Of a stretch of DNA of 37,072 bases, positions 8,110-17,351 are shown in pieces. The number at the start of each line of letters is the position of its first letter. Position 1 is the first letter of the stretch. The position numbers were made by a program, and so were the translations under genes. The stretch is from an uncultured Fidelibacterota bacterium. GTDB lineage: Bacteria; Fidelibacterota; Fidelibacteria; Fidelibacterales; Fidelibacteraceae. The stretch is from assembly GCA_937862595.1 (NCBI GenBank), contig CALMFL010000159.1:1-37072 (forward strand), given 5' to 3'. A model generated the notes under the pieces. That model did no database searches, had not been told where the DNA came from, and worked only from the letters and a program-made list of their open reading frames with translations.

Positions 8110-10434
8110 ATGAAAAAACATCTGCTCCTCATCATCGTGACGATCTTGTCGTCATTGCTTTTCGCCCATGAAAGCGATCGGGTCTTCCGCTCAACCGCCG
8201 TTGCGGAGATCCGCATTACCATCGATACGACAGTCCTGGCGTGGATCTACGACGAGGCCAACGTTGAAAGCGATTCGCTCCATCCGGTTTCGGTCACTTT
8301 CCGCAACGAGAACCTGGACGTTTCTCTCGACAACGTCGGCTTCCGTCTGCGCGGCAACACCTCGCGGCACGCGGCTAAAAAATCCTTCAAGCTGGACTTC
8401 AACGAGTTCGTGAAAGGCCAGAAGATCGCCGGCGTCGAGAAATTCAACCTCAAGGGCGAACAGAACGATCCCTCGCTGATCCGCAGCAAGCTGTCGTTCG
8501 AGCTTTTTGAAAAGATCGGCGTGCCCGCGTCCCGCGTCGCCTATACGACCGTTTATATCAACGGCAATTACATGGGGCTCTATGAAAATGTCGAGCATAT
8601 CGACGACTGTTTTCTGTCCTATCATGTCGGCGACGACAGCGGCAATCTCTGGAAATGCCTCTGGCCGGCGGACCTGAATTACCGCGGCCCCAATCCGTCG
8701 GACTATCATCCCTATTCCGGACCCGACCGTCCCTACGAACTGAAGACCAACGAGGAGGAATTTGATTTTTCCGGCCTCGCCCGTCTCATTGACGTGATCA
8801 ACAACACATCCGCCGCCGTCATGAAGGATTCGTTGGAATCGCTTTTTGAAGTAAAAGATTTTATCAAATACCTTGCCGTGAACATCATGACCGGAAGCTG
8901 GGACGATTACCGCTACCTGAGGAACAATTATTACCTGTATCACAACCCTTCAACGGGAAAATTCCGGCTGATCCCCTACGATTACGACAATACCTTCGGC
9001 ATCGACTGGGTGGGCGGCAGCAACTGGGGCGAGCCCAACTGGACACGTATCAACATGTATAGCTATGATGTCATGGACTCTGACGGGCGACCGCTTTCCG
9101 ATATAATTTTCGACACGCCTGAATACCGAAATCTTTTTACACATTTTATGGATTTCTATACCAGCCATGTTTTTCGTGAAGATCAGTGGACCGCCTGGGG
9201 CGACAGCATCAAAGCGGTGATCCGTCCCTACGTAACGACCGATACCTATTACCCCCTGGACCACGGGTTCACGATCGCGGATTTCGACAATTCCTACAAC
9301 ACGGATTACCGCAACGGCCACGTTGAGCGCGGGCTTTATGAATTCATGCGGAAACGCGCCGAACAGACCCTTCTGGACCTGAACTGGCAGTCAGCGCCGC
9401 CTTCCGTCTATGATTGCGCTGTATCAAGAAACGGCCTTGAAGCGACCCTGCATGCGGCGGTTTTCAGTCACGAAGGCGTCGATTCCGTAACGCTCATCAC
9501 CTATGATGCGCTGATGAACCCCGTCGCTTCGACACCGTTTTTTCGTAACCGGATCCCGCAGACCCCCCTTGTAGAAGCGTATGACCGCTGGACGGCGGAA
9601 ACGACACTGGATGAAAGCGAACTGTTTTACCGGATCATTGCGCAGGATTCCGCCGGCGTACAAAGTTCCTGGCCCCGAACGGATTACGCGTCGTTTGAGC
9701 AGGTCGGCAGCAGCGTCCTGCCTGTTTATATTAATGAATTCCTTGCATCGAACGATACGTCTTTTGCGGACCAGGACGGGGGGCATGACGACTGGCTCGA
9801 ACTTTACAACGCCTCCGGTGAAACGGTGGATCTTGGGGGCATGTATTTGACGGACAAGCCCGACAATCTTACCAAATGGCAGATCCCGGCCGGCACGCAG
9901 ATCGCTGCGGGGTCCTGGCTGATCTTCTGGTGCGACGAGGAGGAGGAACAGGCCGGCTTGCACACCAATTTCAAGCTGGGCGCCGGCGGCGAGTTCCTTG
10001 CCCTCACGGAAGCCTACGGCCTGAGAATTGTCGATTCCCTGACCTTCGGGTCGCAGGAAACGGATGTTTCCTACGGACGCACGGAAGACGGCGGTGACGT
10101 CTGGCGGTTTTTCGTTTCACCTACCCCGGGATACAGCAACCTTCGCACACAAATAAATAAAATTCCCGAAACGACGGTGCTTTACCCTAACTACCCGAAT
10201 CCTTTCAACCCCGGAACAGCCCTCCGCTTTCAGCTCCCGGCTGCCGGCGATATCGATCTGAGCATTTATGACGTCTCGGGGCGAAAAGTCGCGACGCTGG
10301 CCGTGGGAATTCACGGCGCCGGGATCCATCGCCGTAACTGGAACGCCGAAGCGTACGCATCGGGGATTTATATCGCCGTGCTTCGTGCCGGAGGTACGGT
10401 AATGGGGTTGCAGAAAATGCTGCTGGTCAAATAA
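8110..10434 (+). CDS. Secreted CotH kinase-family protein with a lamin-tail domain and a T9SS type-A C-terminal sorting domain
   Basis: Signal peptide MKKHLLLIIVTILSSLLFA. CotH signatures are FRLRGNTSR..KKSFKLDFNEF and NNYYLYHNP..GKFRLIPYDYDNTFG. The LTD signature is VYINEFLASN..DWLELYNASGETVDLGGMYLTD. The C-terminal LYPNYPNPFNPGTALRFQLP...SGIYIAVLRAG...LLVK is typical of a Por/T9SS sorting tail (about 10180..10431). Confidence 0.85.
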   Translation: MKKHLLLIIVTILSSLLFAHESDRVFRSTAVAEIRITIDTTVLAWIYDEANVESDSLHPVSVTFRNENLDVSLDNVGFRLRGNTSRHAAKKSFKLDFNEFVKGQKIAGVEKFNLKGEQNDPSLIRSKLSFELFEKIGVPASRVAYTTVYINGNYMGLYENVEHIDDCFLSYHVGDDSGNLWKCLWPADLNYRGPNPSDYHPYSGPDRPYELKTNEEEFDFSGLARLIDVINNTSAAVMKDSLESLFEVKDFIKYLAVNIMTGSWDDYRYLRNNYYLYHNPSTGKFRLIPYDYDNTFGIDWVGGSNWGEPNWTRINMYSYDVMDSDGRPLSDIIFDTPEYRNLFTHFMDFYTSHVFREDQWTAWGDSIKAVIRPYVTTDTYYPLDHGFTIADFDNSYNTDYRNGHVERGLYEFMRKRAEQTLLDLNWQSAPPSVYDCAVSRNGLEATLHAAVFSHEGVDSVTLITYDALMNPVASTPFFRNRIPQTPLVEAYDRWTAETTLDESELFYRIIAQDSAGVQSSWPRTDYASFEQVGSSVLPVYINEFLASNDTSFADQDGGHDDWLELYNASGETVDLGGMYLTDKPDNLTKWQIPAGTQIAAGSWLIFWCDEEEEQAGLHTNFKLGAGGEFLALTEAYGLRIVDSLTFGSQETDVSYGRTEDGGDVWRFFVSPTPGYSNLRTQINKIPETTVLYPNYPNPFNPGTALRFQLPAAGDIDLSIYDVSGRKVATLAVGIHGAGIHRRNWNAEAYASGIYIAVLRAGGTVMGLQKMLLVK

Positions 10435-10496
10435 ATGCCGCGCCGTGTTTTTTGCGGGGTATGCATTGCAGAAAATAATTTGAAAGTGAGGTCCTT

Positions 10497-10886
10497 ATGA
10501 AAAAAGGAGCCAAAGTGTTTTGGGTTGTTCTCGGGCTGATGATCGCATTCATTTTATTCGGCCTGGTCGCAGGCACCCGGAATATGAGCGAAGTCCGCGA
10601 TTATCTTATCCCGGAAGTCGATCTTGCGTCCCTTGAGGACGGGAATTATGACGGAAGCTGCGACATCGGGCGCTGGGCTATCCGCGTTACGGTGACGGTG
10701 AAAGACCACCGGATCACGGAGATACGCATTCCCGAGGGACAGATCCCCATTCTTCCCGAAGAGTTCATCGCGGAACTGAACGCCTCCCTCCTTCACACGG
10801 GCGAACCTGATTTCGATGCGGTGACCGGCGCAACGATCTCGTCCCGCGCTTATATGATCGCCGTGACGAACGCCCTGAGCAAATGA
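10497..10886 (+). CDS. Membrane-anchored FMN-binding domain protein (129 aa)
   Basis: An N-terminal TM helix (VFWVVLGLMIAFILFGLVAG) and a C-terminal DAVTGATISSRAY motif, characteristic of the FMN_bind domain (covalent FMN on Thr/Ser as in RnfG/NqrC). Confidence 0.7.
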   Translation: MKKGAKVFWVVLGLMIAFILFGLVAGTRNMSEVRDYLIPEVDLASLEDGNYDGSCDIGRWAIRVTVTVKDHRITEIRIPEGQIPILPEEFIAELNASLLHTGEPDFDAVTGATISSRAYMIAVTNALSK

Positions 10887-10935
10887 TCGTCAAATAGTTG
10901 GATCATGTTTTAATCTTTATCCGTATATTCCGGCA

Positions 10936-12555
10936 ATGAAAACCATTTCCGCCAATATCGTCGATGTGCTGAACGAACGGATCTTCCCGGGTACCATCAC
11001 CCTGGCCGAGGGCCGCATTGCTTCTATTGTAGAAAATGAGGCGTCGTACGATCAGTATATCATTCCGGGCTTTGTCGATGCGCACATCCATATCGAGAGT
11101 TCCATGCTCGTGCCGTCGGAATTCGCCCGGATCGCGGTTCGCCACGGGACCCTTGCGCTTATCGCGGATCCGCACGAGATCGCGAACGTCCTGGGGATCC
11201 CGGGCATCCTTTTTATGATCGGAAATGCCGCGGCCGTCCCCGTAAAATTCTATTTTTCGGCGCCTTCCTGCGTCCCGGCCACCTCCTTTGAGACGGCCGG
11301 CGCCGCGATCGGGGCGGACGCGGTGGGAAAGCTTTTCCACGATCATCCCGAGATCAAATTCCTGGGCGAGGTCATGAATGTACCCGGCGTCCTGAACCGG
11401 GATCCCGACATCTTGAAAAAGATCGAACTTGCCAAAGCCTACGGGGAACGCATCGACGGCCATGCCCCCGGCCTGCGGGGCGATGACCTTAAGCGCTACG
11501 CGGATGCGGGGATCGAGACCGACCATGAATGCGTCACCCGGGACGAGGCGCTGGAAAAGCTGTCCCTCGGCATGAAGGTATTCATCCGTGAAGGCTCCGC
11601 CGCAAAGGATTTTGACGAACTCATCCCGATCGCCGGCGAGCATTATTTAAACTGCGCCTTCTGTTCGGACGACAAGCATCCCGACGATCTGCTGAAGGGG
11701 CATATAAACGAACTTGCTAAACGTGCCCTCGCGAGCGGTCTTGACCTGATGAAAGTCCTGCGCATGGCCTGCGTGAACCCGGTCCAGCATTACGGCCTGG
11801 ATGTCGGGCTTCTGCAGGAAGGCGACCCCGCCGATTTTCTGGTGATCGACGGTCCCGAACACTTCAACATCCTGAAAACCGTGATCGGGGGAAACGTCGT
11901 ATGCGAAAACGGGAAAGCCCGCTTCCCGCGGCCGCGCGTGAAGCACATCAACAATTTTCAGGCCCGACTGAAAAGCGACCGGGATTTCTTCGTTGAGAAC
12001 CGCTACGAAAAATCGCCCGTGATCGAGATCATTGACGGACAGCTGATCACAAAGCGCTCCCTCCGGCAGATCATGATCGAGAACCACAATCTGGTCTCCG
12101 ACACGCGGAACGACATTCTCAAGATCGCCGTGATCAACCGTTACGAAGACAGGAAACCCGCCGTCGCCTTCATCCGGGGATTCGGGCTGAAACGCGGCGC
12201 CATCGCCTCCTCGGTCGCGCATGATTCGCATAATATCATCGTTGCCGGGGTTTCCGAATCGGACATGGCCGCCGCCGTTAACCTGATCATTAAGGAAAAA
12301 GGCGGCATCAGTGCGGTCTGGGCGGACGGCAAGATCTCAAAGGTCCTGCCGCTTCCGGTCGCGGGACTGATGAGCGACGGGCATTTCGATACCGTTGCCC
12401 GGGACTATTCCGAACTTGACGCCCTTGCCCGGCAATTCGGCTCCGCGCTGAACGCTCCCTTCATGACGCTTTCCTTTATGGCCCTGCTGGTCATTCCGGA
12501 GATCAAGCTCAGCGACAAGGGATTATTTGACGGGAACTCCTTTCAATTTCTTTAA
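10936..12555 (+). CDS. ade: Adenine deaminase (amidohydrolase superfamily)
   Basis: The metal-binding motif IIPGFVDAHIHIESSML, a length of 539 aa, and the overall N-terminal pattern (VDVLNERIFPGTI.L..GRI) fit the Ade family. Confidence 0.85.
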   Translation: MKTISANIVDVLNERIFPGTITLAEGRIASIVENEASYDQYIIPGFVDAHIHIESSMLVPSEFARIAVRHGTLALIADPHEIANVLGIPGILFMIGNAAAVPVKFYFSAPSCVPATSFETAGAAIGADAVGKLFHDHPEIKFLGEVMNVPGVLNRDPDILKKIELAKAYGERIDGHAPGLRGDDLKRYADAGIETDHECVTRDEALEKLSLGMKVFIREGSAAKDFDELIPIAGEHYLNCAFCSDDKHPDDLLKGHINELAKRALASGLDLMKVLRMACVNPVQHYGLDVGLLQEGDPADFLVIDGPEHFNILKTVIGGNVVCENGKARFPRPRVKHINNFQARLKSDRDFFVENRYEKSPVIEIIDGQLITKRSLRQIMIENHNLVSDTRNDILKIAVINRYEDRKPAVAFIRGFGLKRGAIASSVAHDSHNIIVAGVSESDMAAAVNLIIKEKGGISAVWADGKISKVLPLPVAGLMSDGHFDTVARDYSELDALARQFGSALNAPFMTLSFMALLVIPEIKLSDKGLFDGNSFQFL

Positions 12556-12605
12556 TCCCCAATCATTTCGCCATCGATGATTTTTATTTATTAAACAAAT
12601 AATCA

Positions 12606-12634
12606 TTGACAAATATGTCTTAATATCCTATACT
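12606..12634 (+). promoter_or_regulatory. Near-consensus sigma70-type promoter of the ABC/GntR cassette
   Basis: TTGACA (12606..12611), exactly 17 nt, then TATACT (12629..12634). An AGGGG RBS lies 5 nt upstream of the ATG at 12667. Confidence 0.6.
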
Positions 12635-12655
12635 GTGTATACGACATATACACAG
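12633..12655. promoter_or_regulatory. Candidate GntR/YtrA operator: perfect 9-bp inverted repeat overlapping the -10 box and start site
   Basis: The repeat reads CTGTGTATA-cgaca-TATACACAG. The arms contain GT..TA / TA..AC half-sites of the kind GntR-family regulators bind. It begins inside the -10 hexamer. Confidence 0.55.
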
Positions 12656-12666
12656 TTAGGGGTGCT

Positions 12667-13512
12667 ATGCTAAAAATAAAAAACCTGTGCAAATCTTACC
12701 CGTCCTTTAAGCTTAAAGATGTTTCATTCGTGATCGAGAGCGGCTATATCACCGGTTTTATCGGGATGAACGGTGCGGGAAAAACAACGACCCTGAAATC
12801 CATTCTCAACATTGTTAAGCCCGATTCCGGGGATATTCGCGCTTTTGGGAAAGTCGTTTCGGAACACGAGAAAGAAGTTAAACAGCAGATCGGTTTTATG
12901 CTGGGAGGAGCGGATTATTATTTAAAAAGTAAAGTTATAAAAGTCTCTTCGGTCTTTCGGCTTTTCTATGAGCAATGGGATGAAGAAGCTTACCGTAATT
13001 TTATTCGCCGTTTCAATATTGACGAGAATAAAACCATCTCGGAACTTTCCAGCGGCATGCGGGTGAAACTGGCATTGACCTATGCACTTTCCCATCGCGC
13101 TAAATTATTGATCTTTGACGAACTAACATCAGGCTTAGACCCGATTGCGCGCGACGAACTTCTTGACCTGTTCCATGAGATCATCGAGGACGGAGAAAAA
13201 AGCATCTTATTCTCCACACATATTACCTCCGATCTTGACAAATGCGCCGACTATATTTTGTTCATTCGTGACGGCGAGATCATCGCCAATTCAACCAAGG
13301 ACGATCTGGTCGATTCCCATTTGCTGGTTTCCGGAAAAAAAGATGACCTTACTCCGGATATCGTAAAGCGCCTCGTCGCGTATAAAGAACATCCCTATGG
13401 CTTTAAGGGTTTGATGCTCCGTGAGAACAAGAAAAAGACAGATACCCTGCTTGCGGAAAAGCCAAATCTTGAAGAAATCATGATCTATTACAACAAGGGA
13501 GCGGCAAGATGA
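12667..13512 (+). CDS. ABC transporter ATP-binding protein (ABC-2 / YtrB-like)
   Basis: Walker A is GMNGAGKTT, the ABC signature is LSSGMRVKL and Walker B is LLIFDELTSGLD. Its stop overlaps the next start as ATGA (13509..13512). Confidence 0.9.
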   Translation: MLKIKNLCKSYPSFKLKDVSFVIESGYITGFIGMNGAGKTTTLKSILNIVKPDSGDIRAFGKVVSEHEKEVKQQIGFMLGGADYYLKSKVIKVSSVFRLFYEQWDEEAYRNFIRRFNIDENKTISELSSGMRVKLALTYALSHRAKLLIFDELTSGLDPIARDELLDLFHEIIEDGEKSILFSTHITSDLDKCADYILFIRDGEIIANSTKDDLVDSHLLVSGKKDDLTPDIVKRLVAYKEHPYGFKGLMLRENKKKTDTLLAEKPNLEEIMIYYNKGAAR

Positions 13513-14159
13513 AAAATCTCATGATCAAAGAATTGAAACTGGTGGTTTCTCCCTCATCCTATTTTTTTGCCCTTTGCGGGGCTTTGGTGCTGGTCCCTGC
13601 TTACCCGTATTCGATCGGAATGTTCTACTGTCTTTTTTCAATTCTGATCACCTTCGGTACCGCCCGGGCGAATAATGATCATCTCTTTACCGCCATGCTT
13701 CCGGTTTCGCGGGATCATATTGTTCTGGCTAAACACTTCGATATGATCTTCCCGCAAATGCTGACCCTGTTGATCGCAATTCCCTGCGCCATTATTTCTA
13801 CACAGATACTGAACAAATCGGGCAATATTGTCGGCATGGATGCCAATATTGCGTTTTTCGGCCTGACCTTGACCGCATACGGTATTTTCAATATTATTTT
13901 TCTACCCTGGTATTTTAAAACGGGCTATAAAGTCGGCTGGCCAATGGCCGCTGGCATCGCTGCGTTTGTTTTTCTCTGGACCGTTTTTGAAATAACGATC
14001 CATAGCATCCCCTCACTTGCAGGCAAGATCGACAGTCTGGACCCTTCAACCGTAAAATACCAATTACCCGTTCTTCTTCTTGGGATCATTATTTATTTCG
14101 GGACCCTTATGATATCTTACCGGCGTTCGATCCGGAACTTTGAAAAGGTCAGCCTGTAA
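13509..14159 (+). CDS. ABC-2-type transporter permease (216 aa, multi-pass membrane protein)
   Basis: About six hydrophobic segments. It is translationally coupled to the ATPase (ATGA overlap) and abuts the GntR gene with zero spacing (TAA 14157..14159, ATG 14160). Confidence 0.75.
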   Translation: MKNLMIKELKLVVSPSSYFFALCGALVLVPAYPYSIGMFYCLFSILITFGTARANNDHLFTAMLPVSRDHIVLAKHFDMIFPQMLTLLIAIPCAIISTQILNKSGNIVGMDANIAFFGLTLTAYGIFNIIFLPWYFKTGYKVGWPMAAGIAAFVFLWTVFEITIHSIPSLAGKIDSLDPSTVKYQLPVLLLGIIIYFGTLMISYRRSIRNFEKVSL

Positions 14160-14525
14160 ATGCATCTTGTCATTTCCCTAAAATCAAATCAACCGATCTA
14201 TGAACAATTGTTTGAACAGATCGCCTCGCAGATCCTTTCGGGCGAATTACATCCCGGTGAACTTTTGCCTTCGATACGATCCGTTGCAAAAGATCTCGGA
14301 ATTAGCATTATTACGATCAAAAAAGCCTGGGAGCTCCTGGAAGAAAAGCGTTTTATTTTTACGAAACAGGGTGTCGGCTGTTTTGTGACAAAATTCGAAC
14401 CGAAAAAACTCAAAAATAAAAAACGCAGTGAAGTGCTGGAGCGTTTAAGCAATGACTTGAAATTCTATAAACAGCTCGGTCTTTCGTTGGAAGAACTTTT
14501 ATCCCTCATCCGTGAAGAATATTGA
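14160..14525 (+). CDS. GntR-family transcriptional regulator, YtrA subfamily (short C-terminal domain)
   Basis: The winged-HTH region is IYEQLFEQIASQILSGELHPGELLPSIRSVAKDLGISIITIKKAWELLEEKRFIFTKQGVGCFV. A total length of 121 aa is typical of YtrA-type regulators paired with ABC transporters. Confidence 0.85.
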   Translation: MHLVISLKSNQPIYEQLFEQIASQILSGELHPGELLPSIRSVAKDLGISIITIKKAWELLEEKRFIFTKQGVGCFVTKFEPKKLKNKKRSEVLERLSNDLKFYKQLGLSLEELLSLIREEY

Positions 14526-14606
14526 TATTTGGGGGACACGTCGCGTGATATTGCCGCTTATTATTTTTATCTTTTGTCTTTATTCATTAATCATGTAACT
14601 TCCCAC

Positions 14607-15932
14607 ATGCCTGAAAAAACGCTTTTTACATCTTCCTCAAATCTTCCGCCACTGGCCGCTCGGATGCGTCCTGCGCGGCTGGAGGATTTCGCCGGGCAGG
14701 AGCACCTGGTCTCGGAAGGGATGATCCTCCGCAACATGATCGGTGCAAAAGCGCTGTTCTCGCTCATTTTCTGGGGGCCGCCCGGGACGGGCAAGACCAC
14801 GCTGGCGCGCATCATCGCCTCGGCGGCGGATGCGGTGTTCTATGAGCTCTCTGCCGTCAGCGCCAGCGTAAAGGATGTCCGCGAGGTTATTCATAAGGCC
14901 GCCTCGCATCACGCCATGGGGAAAAAGACCCTGCTCTTTATCGACGAGATCCACCGTTTCAATAAAAGCCAGCAGGACGCCCTGCTGCACGCGGTGGAGA
15001 ACGGCGACATCGTTATGTTCGGCGCAACGACGGAAAATCCCTCGTTTGAAGTGATATCCCCGCTTCTTTCCCGCTGCCGCATTGTCCGCCTGAATTCTCT
15101 GACCGAGAAGGACCTTAACGGCCTCATCGACCGCGCGCTGAAAGAAGATATCGTCCTTTCGCAGTACGGCATCGACCTTCAGGAGGATGTCCGCAAGTTC
15201 CTGGTCCAGGCGTCCGGAGGCGATGCGCGAAAAATGTTCAATACCATCGACATCACGGTCCAGCTGGTCCGGGGCAAAACCCCGGGGTCCGTGTCCTTTG
15301 CCTTGAGCAAGGAAGACATCCGCACCGCCCTGCAGGAGCGCGCCCTGCTCTACGACAAGGACGGGGACTATCATTACGATACCATTTCAGCTTTTATCAA
15401 GAGCGTCCGCGGGTCCGACCCCGATGCGGCGGTCTACTGGATGACCGTCATGCTTGAGGGTGGCGAAGATCCGCTTTTCATTGCGCGCCGGCTGATCATT
15501 CTGGCGTCGGAAGATATCGGCAACGCCGATCCGCAGGGACTCGTGATCGCGACCGCGGGCTTCCAGGCCGTGCACGCCATCGGGATGCCCGAGGCTGCGA
15601 TCGTGCTGTCGCAGGTCACGACCTTCCTGGCAAGCTCGCCGAAAAGCAACGCTTCCTACATGGCGCTTCACCGCGCGAAAAAGACCATCCGCGATACGGG
15701 GTTTCAGTCCGTACCCCTGCATCTTCGCAATGCGCCTACGGAAATGATGAAGCAGTTCCAGTACGGTCTCGGATACCAGTACCCGCATGATCACGAGGGC
15801 GGCTTTACCGGACAGGATTATCTCCCGGAACAGCGGCCTGAGGAAGTCCTGTACCGGCCGAAATCCCTCGGTTATGAAAAATTCATTTATGAACGGCTGC
15901 TCAAGTGCTGGCCGAAACGCTATAAAGGGTAA
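14607..15932 (+). CDS. rarA: Replication-associated recombination protein A (AAA+ ATPase)
   Basis: PLAARMRPARLEDFAGQEHL, Walker A GPPGTGKTT, Walker B/sensor LFIDEIHRFNKSQQD and a C-terminal MgsA domain are present. The start is set at ATG 14607 (MPEKTLF...). The ORF-track extension back to 14529 lies in AT-rich spacer. Confidence 0.9.
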   Translation: MPEKTLFTSSSNLPPLAARMRPARLEDFAGQEHLVSEGMILRNMIGAKALFSLIFWGPPGTGKTTLARIIASAADAVFYELSAVSASVKDVREVIHKAASHHAMGKKTLLFIDEIHRFNKSQQDALLHAVENGDIVMFGATTENPSFEVISPLLSRCRIVRLNSLTEKDLNGLIDRALKEDIVLSQYGIDLQEDVRKFLVQASGGDARKMFNTIDITVQLVRGKTPGSVSFALSKEDIRTALQERALLYDKDGDYHYDTISAFIKSVRGSDPDAAVYWMTVMLEGGEDPLFIARRLIILASEDIGNADPQGLVIATAGFQAVHAIGMPEAAIVLSQVTTFLASSPKSNASYMALHRAKKTIRDTGFQSVPLHLRNAPTEMMKQFQYGLGYQYPHDHEGGFTGQDYLPEQRPEEVLYRPKSLGYEKFIYERLLKCWPKRYKG

Positions 15933-15933
15933 T

Positions 15934-17193
15934 ATGTCCATTCTTATCAAAAACGTTCTGCTGAACGGCACGCGAACCGATGTCTGCATCGAGTCAACGA
16001 AATTTTCAAAGATCGGGCCGGCTGTTTCTTCTCAGGGTAAATCCGCCATCGAGATCGACGGTTCGCCCTTCGCCATGTTGCCTGCCTTTTACAACATGCA
16101 CACGCACTCCGCCATGACCCTCATGCGGGGATATGCCGACGACATTGAACTGCACTCCTGGCTGACCGATCACATCTGGCCGCTGGAAAAAAACCTGACG
16201 GAAGACCATGTTTATCACGGCGCCCGCCTTGCCGCGCTGGAAATGATCAAAAGCGGGACGGTCTTCTTTAACGACATGTATTTTTTCCCGCACGGAACGG
16301 CCCGCGCGGCCGATGAGCTGGGCATGCGCGCCGATATCGCTCCGGTCCTGATCGACGGATGCGACCCGGCGAAGGCCGGCGAGCTTCTCGCTTTCGCGAA
16401 ACGGACGATCGTGCGTTCCTCGGATTATTCTCCCCGTGTCCGCTTTGCGGTCTCGCCGCACGCCATTTATTCCGGCTCCGCGGAACTGCTTAAAGGCTGC
16501 GCCGAACTATCACAACGGGAAGCCCTTCCGCTTCAGATCCATGTTTCCGAAACCCTGACGGAAGTGGCCGATTCGATCCGGCAGTTCGGGTTGCGTCCGG
16601 TACAGTATCTGGATTCGCTGGGGTTTCTCGGTCCGAATCTGACCGCGGTCCATGCCGTTCACCTCGACGATACGGACAGAAGCATTCTGAAAGAACGGGG
16701 TGTCACGATCGCGCACTGTCCCTCGTCGAACATGAAGCTCAGTTCGGGTTCGTTTGATTATGCGGCGGCAAGAGCGGCCGGTATTCCTTTCGTCATCGCC
16801 ACGGACGGCGCCTGTTCGAACAATAATCTCTCCCTGCTGGAAGAAATGAAGATCGCCTCCCTGCGAGCAAAGGATCGTTCCGGCGACCCGACCGTTGCGC
16901 CCGCCCGCGAGATCTTTGACATGGCCACGGCCCATGCCGCCAGGGCGGCGGGCCTGAATGCCGGCCGGATCGAAGAGGGCATGCTGGCGGATTGCCTGCT
17001 GGTCCGCCTTGACCACCCGACGCTCACGCCGCCCGGCCATCTGATCTCCCATATGGTCTACAGCGCCCATCCGGAATGCATCGATACCGTCATCTGCGAC
17101 GGCCGCATCCTGATGCGCGGCCGCAAGGTCGAAGGTGAAGACGAGATCGTTCGGGGCGCCAATGAGGCTTATAGGGACCTGATCTCAAGATAA
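15934..17193 (+). CDS. mtaD: 5-methylthioadenosine/S-adenosylhomocysteine deaminase-like amidohydrolase
   Basis: MSILIKNVLL... then FYNMHTHSAMTLMRGYADDIELHSWLTDHIWPLE and later HVSET, HCPSSNMKL and ATDGACSNN, the metal-ligand pattern of the MtaD / TRZ-ATZ group. The start at 15934 is 1 nt after the rarA stop; the ORF-track start at 15787 would overlap rarA. Confidence 0.8.
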   Translation: MSILIKNVLLNGTRTDVCIESTKFSKIGPAVSSQGKSAIEIDGSPFAMLPAFYNMHTHSAMTLMRGYADDIELHSWLTDHIWPLEKNLTEDHVYHGARLAALEMIKSGTVFFNDMYFFPHGTARAADELGMRADIAPVLIDGCDPAKAGELLAFAKRTIVRSSDYSPRVRFAVSPHAIYSGSAELLKGCAELSQREALPLQIHVSETLTEVADSIRQFGLRPVQYLDSLGFLGPNLTAVHAVHLDDTDRSILKERGVTIAHCPSSNMKLSSGSFDYAAARAAGIPFVIATDGACSNNNLSLLEEMKIASLRAKDRSGDPTVAPAREIFDMATAHAARAAGLNAGRIEEGMLADCLLVRLDHPTLTPPGHLISHMVYSAHPECIDTVICDGRILMRGRKVEGEDEIVRGANEAYRDLISR

Positions 17194-17351
17194 ATTTTTT
17201 CATTCGTTCAACCCAGCCGTTTCCCGGCAACTCCCGGATTTCGTTCAGAACTGTGGTCATGAAAGGGCTTATCGGGCGGTTATTTTCATTTTGTCTCATT
17301 TTTTGTGATGCGTGTCACTGAACTCTTTTCCCCTTTTCCGTAAATTACGGC

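Noticed and set aside
8191-8943. 250-aa minus-strand ORF
   Set aside because: It is an antisense shadow of the CotH-domain region of the 8110..10434 gene.
17090-17299. 69-aa minus-strand ORF in the mtaD / LTD-gene spacer
   Set aside because: Half of it overlaps the mtaD 3' end antisense. It has no RBS and no recognisable motif.
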